A stretch of DNA of 64,000 nucleotides from an uncultured delta proteobacterium. Lineage in GTDB: Bacteria > Myxococcota_A > Polyangia > Polyangiales > B10-G4. This document shows positions 61,148 to 64,000 of the stretch, one piece after another. The stretch spans positions 64,001 to 128,000 of the forward strand of contig CAVSGI010000008.1 in assembly GCA_963727445.1 (NCBI GenBank), read 5' to 3'. The first letter of the stretch is position 1. Every line of letters starts with the position of its first letter. The position numbers were made by a program, and so were the translations under genes. The notes under the pieces were generated by a model. It had not been told where the DNA came from and made no database searches. It saw only the letters and a program-made list of their open reading frames with translations.

Positions 61148-62266
61148 TCAGGCGCGGAGCTCCTTCGGCCCCTCCCGCAGGAAATAGGCGATGGCGCTCT
61201 GGCCCAGGGTCGCGGTACCAGCGCCCGCGACGCCAGCGGAGACGAGATATCCGGCGCCCGGGACCAGCTTCACCAGCTGCTGCGCCGTCCATCGAAAGCC
61301 CATCCCGGCGCCGCCCACGATGCCCATGCTCCCCATCCATTCGACCGCCGCCTTGCGGTCCCAGGGGCGTCCGCCGAGGTGGGCCACCGCGCTCACCATC
61401 ACCACCTGGAGCGGCGCGATCACGAAGGCGTCCGAGAGCGGCACCGGCGCCAGGCCGATGGTGAGCGCCATGGTGCTGCAGCTGTGGACGATCTCGTTGG
61501 CGAGGCCGCGCCGCGCATCCTCCGCGCGGCACAGGGCGCGCGCACCCTCGAGTCGCGCCTCCGAGGGCAGCTGCTGGTAGACGATGCCCGTGAGCTCGTC
61601 GATGCCGGTCTCGGCCTCGCCGGTCGCTACCGCCAGGATGGCCTTCGCTTCCAGATCGCGCTCCCCCACCTTCTTCTCCAGGCGCTGGCGCAACAGATCG
61701 ACGGCCTGGGTCTTGTCGTCGGGCCAGGGGTCTTTGGCGGTGCCCATGGGCGGGACTTCGTCGGCGCGCGTGAGGAGCGCCACCACGGCCGGACGCTTCT
61801 CTCCCTCTGACTCGATGCGGCCCGAGACCGACGCCGCGAGGTCCAGCACCGATCCTGCTTCCTCGACGAGGTCGGCGGCCGTCACCGCCACGAGGAGGAC
61901 GTCCGGATACGCTTCGGAGAGCGCGCGGGTGAGGCGTTCTTCTCGTACCGCCGCTTCGGCGCCAGAGAGCGGGGCGAGCTCCAACCAATCGAGCCGGGAT
62001 CCGTGTGCGTCGACGCGCACCCATTCCCCCTGCCCCACCGGACGATCGACGGGCAACGCGTCCTTACCGAGCAGCGTATTGCCGATGCGGCTGCGCCCGC
62101 TGCCCGCCCGGCCCAGGATGGCCACCCGCGGCGCGCGCCGCTCATAGAGGATCGAGCGCAGGCTCTGTACGTCCCGCTTCAGGGTCGATACGAATGGCAG
62201 CTTCTCGAGGACTTTCAGCAGCTGCTCGACGGCGCCATCCGGCGTCTGACTCACATCCGGCAGCAT
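61148..62266 (-). CDS. Degenerate GTPase-fold protein with DUF697/YcjF-like C-terminus
   Basis: GRAGSGRS P-loop variant; LTRAD; PVPLSD...PLQVVMV...T..LGQSAIAYF. Confidence 0.72.
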   Translation of the reverse strand: MLPDVSQTPDGAVEQLLKVLEKLPFVSTLKRDVQSLRSILYERRAPRVAILGRAGSGRSRIGNTLLGKDALPVDRPVGQGEWVRVDAHGSRLDWLELAPLSGAEAAVREERLTRALSEAYPDVLLVAVTAADLVEEAGSVLDLAASVSGRIESEGEKRPAVVALLTRADEVPPMGTAKDPWPDDKTQAVDLLRQRLEKKVGERDLEAKAILAVATGEAETGIDELTGIVYQQLPSEARLEGARALCRAEDARRGLANEIVHSCSTMALTIGLAPVPLSDAFVIAPLQVVMVSAVAHLGGRPWDRKAAVEWMGSMGIVGGAGMGFRWTAQQLVKLVPGAGYLVSAGVAGAGTATLGQSAIAYFLREGPKELRA

Positions 62267-62387
62267 GGGTCTGGACCAGCGAAAAGCCAACTCCGAGTTT
62301 GATGTAATTTTGCAAGAATCCGTGGGTTTCTTCGAGTACAGGACTTGGGTATGGTCTTAGGCAACGGGGGGGGCCTGGAGGCCACCG

Positions 62388-63566
62388 ATGACGATTGAAA
62401 TTGCGACCGCCCTGGGCGAGGGCAGCGCAGCCGAAGCATCCAAAGCGCTGATCGACGTGCTGGGTGAGAAGCTCGGCGGCAAGAGCCCCGCGCTGGTCAT
62501 GGTCTATGCGTCGACCGTTCAACCGCTCGCACAGGTGAGCGGCGCGATCGCAGAAGCCTTTCGCGATGCCTGCGTGATCGGCGCGTCGACCGCAGGAGAA
62601 TTCGTGGAGAGCGGAGATGCGAAGTCGAGCGTCTCGGCGATCGCCGTCGCGGGCGACGTCGAAGCCCACGCGGTGATGTGCAAGAACCTCGACCAGAACA
62701 CGGCGGAGGTGATCTCGAGCGCAGTGCAGTCGCTCCCCGGGTCTGGAAAGTATCCGAACCGCACCGCGCTTCTCCTCCTCGACCCGCTGGTCGGCGTCGG
62801 AGAGGAAGCGACCCTCGCGGCCGGTGCCGCCTTCGGCCCGGACGTGCTGCTCGCGGGCGGCGCCGCCGGAGACGACGTGGCGATGAAGGAGACCTTCGTG
62901 TCTCTCGGTGGCGAGTCGTCTTCGAACGCAGCGGTCGTTGCGCAGCTCTTCACCGACAAGCCGCTGGCGATCGGGGTCAACCACGGGCACGAAGGCATCT
63001 CGGAGCCGATTGAGGTGACGCGCGCCGAGGGCAACGTCGTCTACGAGCTCGATGGGAAACCCGCCTGGACAGTCTGGGCCGACGCGACGCGCGAGCACGC
63101 GAGCGCGCGCGGCGTGAACCCGGACGAGCTCAGCGAGGCCGACATCGGCTCTTATCTACTGCGCTACGAAGGCGGGCTCGCGACGGGAGATGCGATCAAG
63201 GTCCGCGCGCCGCTCTCGCGAGGCGAAGACGGCTCGCTCTCCTTCGCGTGCGGCATTCCAGAGGGCGCGAAGATCGTCATCACCGAGAGCACGCCGGAAC
63301 GACAAGTGGAGAGCGCCCGGGTCGCGGCGCGCAGCGCGCGAGAGCGGCTGGGCGGCGGACCGGTGGCAGGGGCCATCGTCTTCGACTGCATCTGTCGCAA
63401 CCTGATCCTCGGCGATAGCTTCGGTGACGCCGTGCGCGGGATGAGCGAGGAGCTGGGCGGCGCACCGCTCGCCGGCTTCGAAACCTATGGGGAGATCGCG
63501 CTCGAGGGGGGGGCCATGAGCGGCTTTCACAACACGACGACCGTCGTGTTGGCCTTCCCACGGTGA
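62388..63566 (+). CDS. FIST signal-transduction domain protein
   Basis: IGASTAGE, GGAAGDD, VYELDGKPA, DCICR, GFETYGE and FHNTT; GGAGG RBS. Confidence 0.9.
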   Translation: MTIEIATALGEGSAAEASKALIDVLGEKLGGKSPALVMVYASTVQPLAQVSGAIAEAFRDACVIGASTAGEFVESGDAKSSVSAIAVAGDVEAHAVMCKNLDQNTAEVISSAVQSLPGSGKYPNRTALLLLDPLVGVGEEATLAAGAAFGPDVLLAGGAAGDDVAMKETFVSLGGESSSNAAVVAQLFTDKPLAIGVNHGHEGISEPIEVTRAEGNVVYELDGKPAWTVWADATREHASARGVNPDELSEADIGSYLLRYEGGLATGDAIKVRAPLSRGEDGSLSFACGIPEGAKIVITESTPERQVESARVAARSARERLGGGPVAGAIVFDCICRNLILGDSFGDAVRGMSEELGGAPLAGFETYGEIALEGGAMSGFHNTTTVVLAFPR

Positions 63567-63570
63567 GCTG

Positions 63571-63816
63571 GTGAGCTTCAAGATCGAAATGTCCGAGCTG
63601 GTGAACATGCTCGGGCAGAGTGTGGGGGACGAAAAAGCGAGACACGTGCTCGAGAACCACGCGCGACGCAAAGGCGTGGGGCTCGGGCCCTTCCGCGTGG
63701 AGGACGCGCTCACCATTCTGGAGTCCGTGACCGAGGAGCCGGGGATCGTGGGCACCAGCGCCCGCTTCGCCAAATCTCGGCTGCACCTCCGGACGGCGAG
63801 CATGCGACCGAAGTAA
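63571..63816 (+). CDS. Small helical hypothetical protein (81 aa)
   Basis: Starts 4 bp after the FIST gene stop; plausible protein-like composition. Confidence 0.65.
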   Translation: MSFKIEMSELVNMLGQSVGDEKARHVLENHARRKGVGLGPFRVEDALTILESVTEEPGIVGTSARFAKSRLHLRTASMRPK

Positions 63817-64000
63817 GCCGAGCTTCTACCCGGGGCCCACTCCCGGCTCGAGTGCGCTGCGCTCCGGAACCGCGCCGCGCCGCTATCGCGGCCCTCTGCG
63901 GCTCCTTCCGCTACGCGTACTCGAGCCTTCTCCTAGGGGGGTGGCTCCATCGCGCCCTGGAGCAGGTCTCTCATCTGCTCCCGGGCGACGTCGGCGCCGG

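Noticed and set aside
63933..64000. 3' end of a minus-strand gene (GADVAREQMRDLLQGAMEPPP*)
   Set aside because: Too short at the window edge to support a call.

Overview
High-GC chromosomal window with about 44 protein genes. MYXO-CTERM sorting motifs, many Cys-rich lipoproteins and Ser/Thr kinases point to a myxobacterium (Myxococcota, probably Polyangiales); this taxon is an inference. Recognisable genes include ald, trmL, a hisN/IMPase-family gene, a FadN-type HAD/ECH and thiolase pair, E1-alpha, lpdA, lipB, a TetR-MFP-RND/TolC efflux locus, an ArsA/Get3 pair, two M23 peptidases, a PNGase F-like lipoprotein and a Crp/Fnr regulator. Many conserved genes carry single-base frameshifts, densest at 47.4-52.9 kb, most likely long-read consensus errors. 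No rRNA, tRNA, CRISPR array or transposase was recognised. Two features stand out. (1) A 1.5-kb non-coding composite element at 13.6-15.2 kb: 161-bp inverted repeats enclose two abutting tandem arrays (3.5 x 52-53 bp and about 14.7 x 51 bp) of hairpin units with variable loops. (2) A roughly 1770-aa surface protein with an internal MYXO-CTERM motif fused directly to a second lipoprotein-like signal, a candidate two-product polyprotein.
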